A DNA stretch of 64,000 nucleotides from Bacillota bacterium. GTDB lineage: Bacteria; Bacillota; Proteinivoracia; UBA4975. The notes under the pieces were generated by a model. The model saw only the letters and a list, made by a program, of their open reading frames with translations, ran no database searches and had not been told where the DNA came from. Every line of letters starts with the position of its first letter. Position 1 is the first letter of the stretch. The stretch lies in contig JBMNFF010000014.1 of assembly GCA_050949165.1 (NCBI GenBank), forward strand, positions 142,796-206,795, read 5' to 3'. A program made the position numbers and the translations under genes. Below are positions 27,423-36,681 of the stretch, in pieces.

Positions 27423-28339
27423 GGCGGGCTCACCACCTCTGCCACCTGCTGCCGGCGGGGCAGGGAAGGCAGCGCCCCCGGAACAGTCGCAGCCAGGGCG
27501 CCGGCGGCGGCCGCCCAGTCGGCAGCGGCATCGGGAGCCGCACCCCTGGCCAAGGCTGCGGCCAGGGCGCCGGCAAAGGCATCGCCCGCCCCGGTAGAGT
27601 CCACCGCCTCCACCCGGGGGGGCGCTATCCGCACCTGTCCGGCTGCGGAGTAATAAAAGGCGCCGTATTTGCCCATGGTGACCAGGACATTTTTCACTCC
27701 CCGCCGCTGCAGGTCCCGGGCGGCGGCTGCAGCCGTCTGCCAACAGTGGACATCGACGCCGGTCAAGACCGAGGCTTCGCGAGAATTGGGGGTGATAAAG
27801 TCCGCCAGGGCCAGAATGTCCTGAGACAGTTCCCTGGCCGGGGCAGGGTCCAGGACGGTGGTTACCCCTGCAGCCCGGGCCAGCGCCAGGGCTTCCTCCA
27901 CCGCAGGCAGGGGTATCTCCAGCTGGATCAGCAAAACCTTGGCCTGGGCGATAAGGGGTTCAGCCTGCCTCACCAGGTCCGGGGACAACTGGTCGTTGGC
28001 GCCATTGGCCACGACGATGCAGTTCTCGCCGCTGCTGTCCACCAGGATCCCGGCGCAACCGCTGGGCCCGGGGACGGCCTTGACCAAAGTGCAGTCCACA
28101 CCATCCCCGGCCAAAGTGGCCATGAGCTTGCAGCCGTATTCATCCTCCCCTACACAGCCCACCATGGCCGTGGTCACACCCATCCGGGCGGCGGCCACAG
28201 CCTGGTTGGCCCCCTTGCCTCCAGGGTGGGCGGAGAACCTGGCCCCGGCCACTGTTTCGCCCGGGGCAGGCAACCTCTCCCCGCGAAAGAGCAAGTCCAT
28301 GTTCAGGCTGCCGACTACGACTATTTCAGCTCTTGTCAT
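27416..28339 (-). CDS. rbsK: Ribokinase
   Basis: PfkB family signatures (GGKGANQAVAAAR; DTTGAGDAF). Confidence 0.8.
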   Translation of the reverse strand: MTRAEIVVVGSLNMDLLFRGERLPAPGETVAGARFSAHPGGKGANQAVAAARMGVTTAMVGCVGEDEYGCKLMATLAGDGVDCTLVKAVPGPSGCAGILVDSSGENCIVVANGANDQLSPDLVRQAEPLIAQAKVLLIQLEIPLPAVEEALALARAAGVTTVLDPAPARELSQDILALADFITPNSREASVLTGVDVHCWQTAAAAARDLQRRGVKNVLVTMGKYGAFYYSAAGQVRIAPPRVEAVDSTGAGDAFAGALAAALARGAAPDAAADWAAAAGALAATVPGALPSLPRRQQVAEVVSPPW

Positions 28340-28345
28340 GGCTCT

Positions 28346-29293
28346 CTAGTATCCGCGCTTGGGGTCCACCTGGGTGGGCAGAGGTTCGCCCCGCAGGTAG
28401 GCGTCCAGGTTGCGGCAAAAGAGGTCGGTGGCCCGGGTCATGTACTGGGGAGACAGGGCTGCACAGTGGGGAGTGATTATGCAATTCTCCAATTGCCAAA
28501 GGGGAGATTCGCTATCCAGGGGCTCGGTTTCAAAGACATCCAGGCCGGCGCCGGCGATGACTCCTTGCTGCAATGCGGCGATCAGGTCGTCCTGGTCGAC
28601 CACTTCGCCCCGGGCAACATTGATGAGGATGGCCGACGGTTTCATCAGCTCTAATTGCCTGGCGCCGATGAACCCCTTGGTCTCTGGAGTCAGGGGTACG
28701 GTGAGGACCAGGTAGTCGCTTTCCTTGAGGACCATTTCCAGGCCCTCCATGCTCACCACCCGGTTTACGCCCTCGAGGGGCTGGCCGGGATTGCGCTTTA
28801 CCGCCAGCACCCGCATGCCAAAGGCGTTGCCCAGGCGGGCAATTTCCTGGCCAATCTGGCCCAGGCCCACGATCCCTAAGGTCTTGCCCCGAAGCTCGGT
28901 GAGGTGCAGATCCCGTCGCCAGAGGTTTTGGGCCTGGTATTTGCCGAAGCGGTGAAGGCCGCGGCTGAAGGAGAGCATCATGGCAAAGACATGCTCGGAA
29001 ATGGGAATGCCATGGATGCCGCTGGAATTGGAGAGGATAATTTTTCCCTCTACGATGGGCGACAGCAGAAATCCGTCCACCCCTGCGCTGAGGGCGTGCA
29101 CCCAGCGCAGGCTCGGGCTCTCCAGAAATTTTTCATCGAAGTTGCTCCACCAGGTGAGCAGGACTTCGGCCTCTTGCACCAGGGCCAGAGCCTCTTGGCT
29201 GTCGGCGGTTTGCAGCACCTCTACTTTGGGAAAGCCGGCTTGGATTTTGTCCAGATGTTTCCGATCTACCTTGGCGTTAACCAGTATCCTCAA
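28346..29293 (-). CDS. D-isomer-specific 2-hydroxyacid dehydrogenase family protein
   Basis: NAD-binding GIVGLGQIG motif; 315 aa. Confidence 0.75.
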   Translation of the reverse strand: MRILVNAKVDRKHLDKIQAGFPKVEVLQTADSQEALALVQEAEVLLTWWSNFDEKFLESPSLRWVHALSAGVDGFLLSPIVEGKIILSNSSGIHGIPISEHVFAMMLSFSRGLHRFGKYQAQNLWRRDLHLTELRGKTLGIVGLGQIGQEIARLGNAFGMRVLAVKRNPGQPLEGVNRVVSMEGLEMVLKESDYLVLTVPLTPETKGFIGARQLELMKPSAILINVARGEVVDQDDLIAALQQGVIAGAGLDVFETEPLDSESPLWQLENCIITPHCAALSPQYMTRATDLFCRNLDAYLRGEPLPTQVDPKRGY

Positions 29294-29324
29294 GGAATTT
29301 CCCCCTTTTCTCTCTTTCCTGTCC

Positions 29325-30269
29325 CTATCTTATATCACTATGGCGCTGCCAGACCCGTCCCTGCCAGGTTCCGGCCTCTGCAAGCGCCTTATCAATGGCC
29401 TGAAGGACTTCCCATTTGCGGCGGATCCAGGTTGGCGCCAGGAGAATCTCCGCCGGGGCATCTCCGGTGACCCGCTGCACCACTATTTCCGGCGGCAACT
29501 GTTCCAGCACAGAAGCAACCCATTGTGCATAGGTCTGCATATCCGGCAGAGGAACGAGGCCTCGCTGCCAGAGCTCGGCCAGGCCAGTGCCCTTTATGAC
29601 GTGAAGGGCGTGGATCTTGATGCCCTGAACTGGCAAAGCCGCCACCGCCTTGGCAGTCTGTACCATCATCTCTCGGGTCTCCCCGGGCAGACCCAGAATT
29701 ATATGAACGCAAACTCTGATATTCCTGGCCCGAAGCGCCTGGACAGCCCTGAGGAAGCAGGCAAAGTCATGGCCCCGATTTATTAGGGCCAGGGTCTTGT
29801 CAAAGGCTGACTGGAGGCCCAGTTCCACCCACAGCCAGGTTTCCCGGTTGAGCTGGTCCAACAGATCCAAGACCGGCTCGGGCAAACAGTCAGGACGGGT
29901 CGACACCGACAACCCAACAACCCCTTCTTGAGCCAGGGCTTCCCGATACAGGCCCTCCAAGTGAGACGCCGGCGCCAGGGTGTTGGTGTAGGCCTGAAAG
30001 TAGGCGATAAATTTGCGGACGCCAGGCCATTTCTTCCAGGTCCGGGCCTTGATTTCTGCAATTTGCCGGGCAATATCCCCTGCCCTGCTGCCGGCACAAT
30101 CGCCGCTGCCCCGGGGGCTGCAGTAAATGCAGCCGCCGGAACCGTCGAGGGCCCGATTGGGGCAGGAGAAACCGGCGTCCAGTGGGATCTTGGCCACTTT
30201 CTCCCCAAACACCCGGCGCAATTCCCAGTTCCAGGTATGGTAGCGCTTATTCTCCCATAGTCTGGTCAT
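29325..30269 (-). CDS. Radical SAM protein, TIGR01212 (YhcC-like) family
   Basis: CPNRALDGSGGCIYC cluster-binding motif (variant CxxxxxxxxxCxxC typical of this family). Confidence 0.7.
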   Translation of the reverse strand: MTRLWENKRYHTWNWELRRVFGEKVAKIPLDAGFSCPNRALDGSGGCIYCSPRGSGDCAGSRAGDIARQIAEIKARTWKKWPGVRKFIAYFQAYTNTLAPASHLEGLYREALAQEGVVGLSVSTRPDCLPEPVLDLLDQLNRETWLWVELGLQSAFDKTLALINRGHDFACFLRAVQALRARNIRVCVHIILGLPGETREMMVQTAKAVAALPVQGIKIHALHVIKGTGLAELWQRGLVPLPDMQTYAQWVASVLEQLPPEIVVQRVTGDAPAEILLAPTWIRRKWEVLQAIDKALAEAGTWQGRVWQRHSDIR

Positions 30270-30309
30270 GTTTTCACCACCGCTACTACCTGATATAATC
30301 GTAAAGAGG

Positions 30310-31041
30310 ATGTTGGAAACATTATACCAACTGACCCTTGGGGATACAAACTTCAGGCAGGCGGGTGATGCAATGGCGAAGAAGGAGACGGATCTCTATC
30401 CTCCCCTCAAACTCTATATGGAAGAGCGGGGTTATACCGTGCGTTCAGAAGTCCGGGACTGCGACCTGACTGCCGTCAAGGATGGACACCTGGTAGTCAT
30501 CGAACTAAAAACCCGGTTTAACCTGGACTTGGTCCTGCAAGGCGTGGAAAGGCTGCGTCTCTGTCCCAATGTCTACCTGGCTGTACCCCGCCCCAACAAT
30601 CTGCGAGTCCTGCGCTGGCGCCGGATTCTCCGCCTCTGCCGGGCCCTGGGCTTGGGCCTGATGACGGTTTCTGCCCGGGGCCTGGTGGAAATCCTCTGTT
30701 CTCCGGAGGTCAAGCGCCCCCGACCCAGTTCCAGGGAGCGCACGCTAATGCTGCAAGAAATCGCCCAGCGCTCCGGAGACTATAATGTGGGGGGCAGCAG
30801 GGGCAGGCCCCTGGTCACAGCCTATCGGGAGCAGGCCTTACAGGTGGCCAAGGCTGTTGCCGATGGGCTTCAGCGCCCCCGGGATATCGCAGCCGCCACG
30901 GGGATTGCCAAGGCCCCCTCAATCCTGCAGAAGGATTACTACCAATGGTTCGAAAGGGTGAAAAGAGGGGAATATCGCCTGAGCAGCCGCGGCCTGCAGG
31001 CCCTGGAGGACTATGCCGATGTCATAAGAGAAAAACAGTAG
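30310..31041 (+). CDS. Hypothetical protein with PD-(D/E)xK-like core (D...ELK) and C-terminal HTH-like region
   Basis: DCDLTAVKDGHLVVIELK motif. Track start 30268 would abut the divergent radical-SAM start codon, so internal ATG 30310 (downstream of a TATAAT box) preferred. Confidence 0.4.
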   Translation: MLETLYQLTLGDTNFRQAGDAMAKKETDLYPPLKLYMEERGYTVRSEVRDCDLTAVKDGHLVVIELKTRFNLDLVLQGVERLRLCPNVYLAVPRPNNLRVLRWRRILRLCRALGLGLMTVSARGLVEILCSPEVKRPRPSSRERTLMLQEIAQRSGDYNVGGSRGRPLVTAYREQALQVAKAVADGLQRPRDIAAATGIAKAPSILQKDYYQWFERVKRGEYRLSSRGLQALEDYADVIREKQ

Positions 31042-31070
31042 CAACCCATTGCTACTGTTTTTTGCGCTAC

Positions 31071-32078
31071 CTATCTCTCCATGGTAGCCGCCGTCTGCTT
31101 TAGCATTTCCCGGATGGGCAGGTCATAAGGGCAGCGGCTCTCGCACATCCCGCATTCCGTGCAGTCGGAAGCCTTTACCGGCAGAGAGGCGTACCTTTCC
31201 ATGGCCCATTCCTTGAGGTTGTACCGGGTATAATAGCCTTCAAAGAGGAACATGGCGGAGATCTTCAAGCCTGCGGGGCAGGGCTGACAGTACTCGCAGC
31301 GGCGGCAGAACTGAGTGCCCAGCCTGGCCAGGAGCTTCTCCAGCTCCTGCTTTTGCTCCTGACTCGCCCCGACCTCGACAACCCGGCAATTCTCCCGGAC
31401 CTGTTCCACCGAATCCATGCCGGGGATGGCCAGGTCCACCCAGGGGCTGTTGAGGAGGAAATCCAGAGCAGCAGCAGCGGCGGTCAATGCTCCCCCGGCC
31501 AGGGGCTTCATAGCGATGATGCCCATTCCCAGTTCCTTTGCCTCTTTCATCAAATCCAGAGCTTGTTGTTCCAGGGCATTGAAGGGAATCTGCAGGGTGG
31601 CAAAGCGCCCGGAAGCGACGCCGGGCCTCAAGATTTCCGGTTTATGCCCGGTAATCCCTATATGGCGGACCAGGCCCTGGCGCTGTGCTTCCTCCAAGGC
31701 TGCCAAGGCTCCGTCAGGTTGCAGCACCATTTCCATATCCTCTGCGGTGGCCACATTGTGTAGCTGGTAGAGGTCTATGTACTGGCAAGCCATATTGTCC
31801 AGGCTGATTTGGATATCCCGCAGCATGCCCTCATAGTCCCGGGCAGGCGACTTGGTGGCTACATACCAGCCCTGACGGCCATGCCGCTTAAAATACTCCC
31901 CGATCTTTGCTTCGCTGTCGGTGTACATGCGGGCGGTGTCGATAAAATTAATGCCGTTGGCCTTGCATTCGGCCAACACAGCTATTGCCGAATCGACATC
32001 CACCCGTTGAATGGGGATGCCGCCGAAGCTGATGACCGACGCGTCGATATCCGTCTTTCCCAATCTCTGATAACGCAT
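31071..32078 (-). CDS. Aldo/keto reductase with C-terminal Fe-S (ferredoxin-like) domain
   Basis: AKR core (GITGHKPEIL...) plus C-terminal CRRCEYCQPC...CTECGMCESRCP motifs. Confidence 0.7.
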   Translation of the reverse strand: MRYQRLGKTDIDASVISFGGIPIQRVDVDSAIAVLAECKANGINFIDTARMYTDSEAKIGEYFKRHGRQGWYVATKSPARDYEGMLRDIQISLDNMACQYIDLYQLHNVATAEDMEMVLQPDGALAALEEAQRQGLVRHIGITGHKPEILRPGVASGRFATLQIPFNALEQQALDLMKEAKELGMGIIAMKPLAGGALTAAAAALDFLLNSPWVDLAIPGMDSVEQVRENCRVVEVGASQEQKQELEKLLARLGTQFCRRCEYCQPCPAGLKISAMFLFEGYYTRYNLKEWAMERYASLPVKASDCTECGMCESRCPYDLPIREMLKQTAATMER

Positions 32079-32168
32079 GTTTCTGCCTCCAATATAGAAG
32101 TATTATCCTGCAGGGAGAGATGTCCCGGCGGAAAAAGACTGTGGTATAATCGGTCCGGAGGTGAGAAA

Positions 32169-32888
32169 ATGGGCTTGCCCTTTCATCAACACCTGTTTCC
32201 TCCGGTAAAAAAACTGGTTTGGGAGTACGATATGCTGAGGGAAGGCGATCGGGTCGCCGTTGGCGTCTCCGGCGGCAAGGACAGCCTGACTGCCCTGTAC
32301 ACCCTGGCCATGCTGAGGAGCATGATCCCGGTTTCCTATTCGCTGACCGCTATCACCGTCGACATGGGCTGGCCCGGGAGCGACTGGACGGGCCTGCGCG
32401 CTTTGTGCGGGCAACTGGGTGTCCCCCTCCATGTGGTTTCTACCCAGATTGCAGCGGTTCTCTTTGAGCAGCGCCGGGAGACCAATCCCTGCTCCCTCTG
32501 CTCCAAGATGCGCCACGGCGCACTCAACGATACTGCCAAAAAACTGGGCTGCAATGTGGTCGCCCTGGGCCACCACAGCGACGATGCCGTGGAGACGGTG
32601 TTCCTCAACATGTTTTATGCCGGGCGGATCGCCTGCTTTAACCCGGTAACCGAACTGGACAGAACGGGGCTGCGCCTGATTCGTCCCATGCTCTACATCA
32701 GTGAAAAGACCACCGCCCGGGTGGCCCGGAAGCTGGAGTTGCCGGTCTCCCACAACCCCTGCCCTGCCAACGGTAACAGCAAGCGCCAGCACATCAAAGA
32801 GATGTTGGCCCAGCAGGCCCGGGAGGACAAGCTGATCCCCCGGCGGCTGCAGGCGGCGGTGAAGGCCCTTTGGCGCCAACACCTTTAA
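32169..32888 (+). CDS. ttcA: PP-loop ATPase, TtcA-family tRNA thiolation enzyme
   Basis: SGGKDS PP-loop, CSLCSKMRHGAL and CPANG Cys motifs. ATG 32169 with GGAGGTG RBS; long upstream track extension rejected. Confidence 0.7.
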   Translation: MGLPFHQHLFPPVKKLVWEYDMLREGDRVAVGVSGGKDSLTALYTLAMLRSMIPVSYSLTAITVDMGWPGSDWTGLRALCGQLGVPLHVVSTQIAAVLFEQRRETNPCSLCSKMRHGALNDTAKKLGCNVVALGHHSDDAVETVFLNMFYAGRIACFNPVTELDRTGLRLIRPMLYISEKTTARVARKLELPVSHNPCPANGNSKRQHIKEMLAQQAREDKLIPRRLQAAVKALWRQHL

Positions 32889-32972
32889 TTATACTACTAT
32901 GTGGCAATTACCGCCACTGCAGGCAAGCAGGACTTTGACCAGACGAAGTAGAAATATACAGCGGATAAGGAG

Positions 32973-34835
32973 GTGGCCAATATGGCCCTGGAATTATACC
33001 CGACACCGTCATGGCCCCACCCGGCCTTCTCGATTCCCTTCACGGAAGAGCACAAGCGCTTCCCCCATCTGGATGAGATGGCTGCCCGGCCGCTGGCCCC
33101 GCTGAGCGCTGAAGAGTCTGAGGCCGGCAAGGTTACGGCTTATTGGGCCAGCGACAGGGTTAACCTGTACATGGTCGTGGAAGCAAGCGGTCAGGTCGAC
33201 CCCTCCCGGGAGCGGGCCTGGCGCCATGGGGACGGATTGCTGCTCACCATATCCCCCCGCGCCCAGGACCAGCCCGTACACGATTACACGTCTCTGGGAA
33301 TCTCCGGAACAAGCAAGAGGCCACAGATTATTGGGATTAAGCGTAACGGGACTTGGTTCCCCAAACTCGATTGCGCCAAGATCAAGTACAAGTTCCAACA
33401 GGACAAAGATAAAGCCCGGTTTTCTGTGCTTATCCCCTGGACGGTGTTGGAGCCTTTGCGCCCCCTCCTCTATGAGACCATCGCCCTGAACCTCACCTTC
33501 ACCCGTCAGGAGGAAACGGGCCGAGTGGTGTACCAGCTTACCCCCGACGAAAATTACTGTTCAGAGGCCACCGACCTGCGCAGCCTGCTTCCGGTAAGCT
33601 TTGCCTATGGAGAAATATCCCGTCCCCTGGCCCAGTCCTACCTGACCCGAAATTGCTGGCGGGGCGACGAGCCCCTTCAGATTAATTTGGGATTGTATAA
33701 CCCCAAGACCTGCCCAGCCCGACTGGACTTGTCCATCAAAGACGGCAACACAACTCTGGAAGCCCACAGTTCTTCTGTGGAGCTGGCTTCGGGCTGCCAT
33801 CACTGGACCCTGCGCTGGAGTCCCCAGCGCCCGTTGCCCACCGGTAAGTACACCCTGGAGTTGAGCGGCGAGGGCAGCGGCAAGAATTATAAAAAACTGC
33901 ACGAAATATTTGTCCTCAACCCGGAAGAATTGGCTTCCCTTCGCAGTGAGCTGTTAAAACAGGAAGAGGATCTCAACTGCCTCTACCCGGGAGCCGTGCA
34001 CACAGCCCTGGCCAAACTGGAGTGGCTGGAAGGCGGTCTGGATCAATGCGCCTGGCAAGAACCTGACTTTTCCGGCTTTACAGCCGCCCAAAGCATTCTG
34101 GAAAGCCTGCGCCAGGGAGTCAATCCCATCCCCGATAAAGCCGGATTGTCCCGACGGGCTTTTCGCTCTCAAGTTGACGGTAGCCTCCAGGCTTACAGCC
34201 TGTACTTGCCCAAGGGCTATAGCCCTGAGCATAAATGGCCTTTGCTGATGCTCCTCCATGGCGACTGTGTCGATGAACAGAAGCTTGCCGCCAATCCGGA
34301 GCTACACAAACTGGCCGACAGACTTGGCCTGATCCTCCTCTTTCCCTGTGCCCGCACCGCCGGCGGTTTTTACCTTAACCAGGACGAAACCGACGTTCTC
34401 TATAACCTGTCCATCCTCAAAAAACGCTTGCCTCTGGATTGGGACAAGTTATTCCTGGGGGGCATATCCAGGGGCGGTTTTGGCGCTTGGCATACCGGCT
34501 TGCGTCACCCGGGTCACTTTGCCGGCCTGGCCATCATTTCCGGAGTTCCCCGCCTGCCCCTGGCCGGGGAAGATTATGCCCAGAATTACAAGTTCAATCC
34601 CGCCGACTGCAGCGAGAATGCCAAGAAGTTGTCCTTGCTGGTAGTGCACGGCGCCAAGGACTGCGAGGTGCCGGTTGAATCGGTTCGGGAGATTATTGAA
34701 ACTCTACAGGATAAAGGTGTTGAACTGACTTATAAGGAAAATGCCGCCGGCGGCCACGCCGATTTTGATTGGCCCTCGGAGCTGGCCGCCTGGCTCAAGG
34801 CAAATCTCAAAAAGGGGCTGTCGCAAAACGTTTAA
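32973..34835 (+). CDS. Multidomain alpha/beta-hydrolase (esterase, GISRGG nucleophile elbow) with N-terminal CBM9/DOMON-like domain
   Basis: C-terminal LLHGD...GGISRGGFGAW...HGAKD...GGHADFDW esterase triad context; N-terminal beta-sandwich-like domain; no obvious signal peptide. Confidence 0.55.
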   Translation: MANMALELYPTPSWPHPAFSIPFTEEHKRFPHLDEMAARPLAPLSAEESEAGKVTAYWASDRVNLYMVVEASGQVDPSRERAWRHGDGLLLTISPRAQDQPVHDYTSLGISGTSKRPQIIGIKRNGTWFPKLDCAKIKYKFQQDKDKARFSVLIPWTVLEPLRPLLYETIALNLTFTRQEETGRVVYQLTPDENYCSEATDLRSLLPVSFAYGEISRPLAQSYLTRNCWRGDEPLQINLGLYNPKTCPARLDLSIKDGNTTLEAHSSSVELASGCHHWTLRWSPQRPLPTGKYTLELSGEGSGKNYKKLHEIFVLNPEELASLRSELLKQEEDLNCLYPGAVHTALAKLEWLEGGLDQCAWQEPDFSGFTAAQSILESLRQGVNPIPDKAGLSRRAFRSQVDGSLQAYSLYLPKGYSPEHKWPLLMLLHGDCVDEQKLAANPELHKLADRLGLILLFPCARTAGGFYLNQDETDVLYNLSILKKRLPLDWDKLFLGGISRGGFGAWHTGLRHPGHFAGLAIISGVPRLPLAGEDYAQNYKFNPADCSENAKKLSLLVVHGAKDCEVPVESVREIIETLQDKGVELTYKENAAGGHADFDWPSELAAWLKANLKKGLSQNV

Positions 34836-34877
34836 TTAATAACGTTGGGCGATAGCCCTTTTTTCTTGGTTCTAGCT

Positions 34878-34910
34878 GAAAAATGCCCTCTTCTAGGGCA
34901 TTTTCTTCGC
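34878..34910 (+). terminator. Intrinsic terminator of hydrolase gene
   Basis: AAATGCCCT-CTTCT-AGGGCATTT followed by TCTTCGCTTT. Confidence 0.5.
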
Positions 34911-36670
34911 TTTCCCCCATTCTTGGGCATGACAAAATAGGGAAATGGGATTCCCCTATGGATATACTGTTATTTAGGTTTAAGCCACCTTAGGATTATG
35001 TAAATATGCTCCACAGCGTCCAGATTGGATCTTGTTGTGGAGTTTATTTATGTTGAACGCCATAGCCAACAGCAAGAATTCCGTCTGTACTTTTACCTGA
35101 CCTTGCAAGAGGAAACGTCGAAATCCCATGTCTTGTTTCAGCACCCCGAAGGCGCCCTCAACCTGGATGGAGCGATTCGTGCGTAATAGAATGCCTTTCT
35201 CGCTGTTAATACGTCCCTCCATCTCAGCGCGCTGCCTCTGAAAGGTCTTGGAAACGTGGAGGTTTTTGCTCCGCTTTTCAAGGGGTATCTTACTTGAGCC
35301 TTTTATGCATTTGGCCTTATGAGGACAACCGGCACAGCGAGCGCAGGAATACACGGTTGTTACTGTGGAGTATCCGGACTTGGTTTTGGCTTTCTTCTCG
35401 TAAGCTGCCTGGATTTTATTGCCTGCGTAGCAAATGTAAGCATCGCTTTCTGCATCATAGAGCATATTTTCTCGTTTGCCAATGTCGCTTCTGTATTTTC
35501 TTGTCTTGGCCCGGTCATGGTTTGCAGGTTTAATAAAAGCGATCTGGCCGTTTTCCTCGCACCAGGTATAATTCTCTTCGCTTTCGAAGCCAGCGTCAGC
35601 TACCGGCTCTGTGTAGCCCAGAGGAAGCAGCTTTTCCATTATGGGAATAAATGTAGCCATGTCGCTGCGTTCTTGTGAAATCATCGCAGCTACTATGTAT
35701 TCTGCATCAACTGCTATAGTAGCATTGTAGGCTGGCTTCAATTGACCGTTTCGCATGTGGTCTTCTTTTAAACGCATGAAGGTTGCGTCCTTATCTGTTT
35801 TGGAAAAGCTGTTTCTGTCCCCAAAGATGTGGTTATGGCCATCATACCGCCTCTGGCGGGCCAGGTACCCTTCCACGGTTTCCACAGCTCTTTGTAAGGG
35901 AGTTTTCCGCTTCCCTTTGCCCTTGACGAATTTTGTGTCCTCTTTGAGAGCATATAGCCGTTTTCGAAGCTTCTTTAAATCCTTAGCCCGAATTTTTTCC
36001 CCTACACGAAAGCGTAGGCCAAACTCGGCTGCAATTTTTGGCAGTTCGACCCTCATCTTCGCCTGCATCTTGGCTTCATTCTTTTGTGTGGACTTCTTCC
36101 ACACAAAGCTGTACCGATTGGCGTTGGCCTCGAACTTCGCGCCATCGATAAACGCATTGAGTAGTGAGAGTTCCCCCGCTTCAGCTAAGTAATACACCAG
36201 TTGTGAAAACAGATCATCCATAACGCTAGGTAGTCGCTCACTTCGGAAGCGGGCGATGGTAGCATGATCGGGTGCTGAAGAACGTCCCAGCAGATACATG
36301 AAGTTTACGTCGCGCTTACAAGCTTGCTCTAGAGCTCGGGAGGAATAGATGCCATTCATGTATCCATACACCAGAACCTTGAACAGACTTTTGGGAGGCG
36401 TCTCGATTCTCCCTAAACGGGAGTACGCAGCGTGCAGCTTTCTATAATCCATCCTTTCAAGCACGGCGTTGAGTAGTCTCACCGAATCGTCTTCCGGGAT
36501 TAATTCGCCAATGTCCATGGGTATGACCAGTTGATATGCACCCCCGGTTGGTGTATAATCTGGTCGTAAAATATTGATTTGCATAACTATATTTTACAGC
36601 AAAAGACGGCTTCTGGGTACTACCAGTCGCCGTCTTTTGTGTTTTAATTCAGGGGTTGTTAGTGCGACAG
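34911..36670 (-). mobile_element. IS1182-family insertion sequence (boundaries approximate)
   Basis: Single full-length transposase ORF. Region visibly AT-richer than flanks; inserted between hydrolase terminator and addA 3' end. Terminal inverted repeats not confidently identified. Confidence 0.5.
34980..36584 (-). CDS. IS1182-family (IS5 superfamily) DDE transposase
   Basis: 534 aa; N-terminal transposase-InsH-like helix region and C-terminal DDE domain typical of IS1182. Confidence 0.8.
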   Translation of the reverse strand: MQINILRPDYTPTGGAYQLVIPMDIGELIPEDDSVRLLNAVLERMDYRKLHAAYSRLGRIETPPKSLFKVLVYGYMNGIYSSRALEQACKRDVNFMYLLGRSSAPDHATIARFRSERLPSVMDDLFSQLVYYLAEAGELSLLNAFIDGAKFEANANRYSFVWKKSTQKNEAKMQAKMRVELPKIAAEFGLRFRVGEKIRAKDLKKLRKRLYALKEDTKFVKGKGKRKTPLQRAVETVEGYLARQRRYDGHNHIFGDRNSFSKTDKDATFMRLKEDHMRNGQLKPAYNATIAVDAEYIVAAMISQERSDMATFIPIMEKLLPLGYTEPVADAGFESEENYTWCEENGQIAFIKPANHDRAKTRKYRSDIGKRENMLYDAESDAYICYAGNKIQAAYEKKAKTKSGYSTVTTVYSCARCAGCPHKAKCIKGSSKIPLEKRSKNLHVSKTFQRQRAEMEGRINSEKGILLRTNRSIQVEGAFGVLKQDMGFRRFLLQGQVKVQTEFLLLAMAFNINKLHNKIQSGRCGAYLHNPKVA

Positions 36671-36681
36671 CCCCTTTTTGC

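Noticed and set aside
27423-27743. Gly/Arg-rich N-terminal 107-codon extension of nucleoside hydrolase ORF
   Set aside because: Lies in an alternative frame over the ribokinase 3' end; conserved hydrolase sequence starts at MVKKLVLDVG with ATG overlapping the ribokinase stop.
31809-32168. N-terminal 120-codon extension of the TtcA-like ORF
   Set aside because: Antisense to the 5' half of the AKR gene; true start ATG 32169 has GGAGGTG RBS and begins the conserved PP-loop protein.
34900-36670. Search for IS terminal inverted repeats / target-site duplication
   Set aside because: No convincing IR pair found by eye at the ends of the AT-rich segment; boundaries left approximate.
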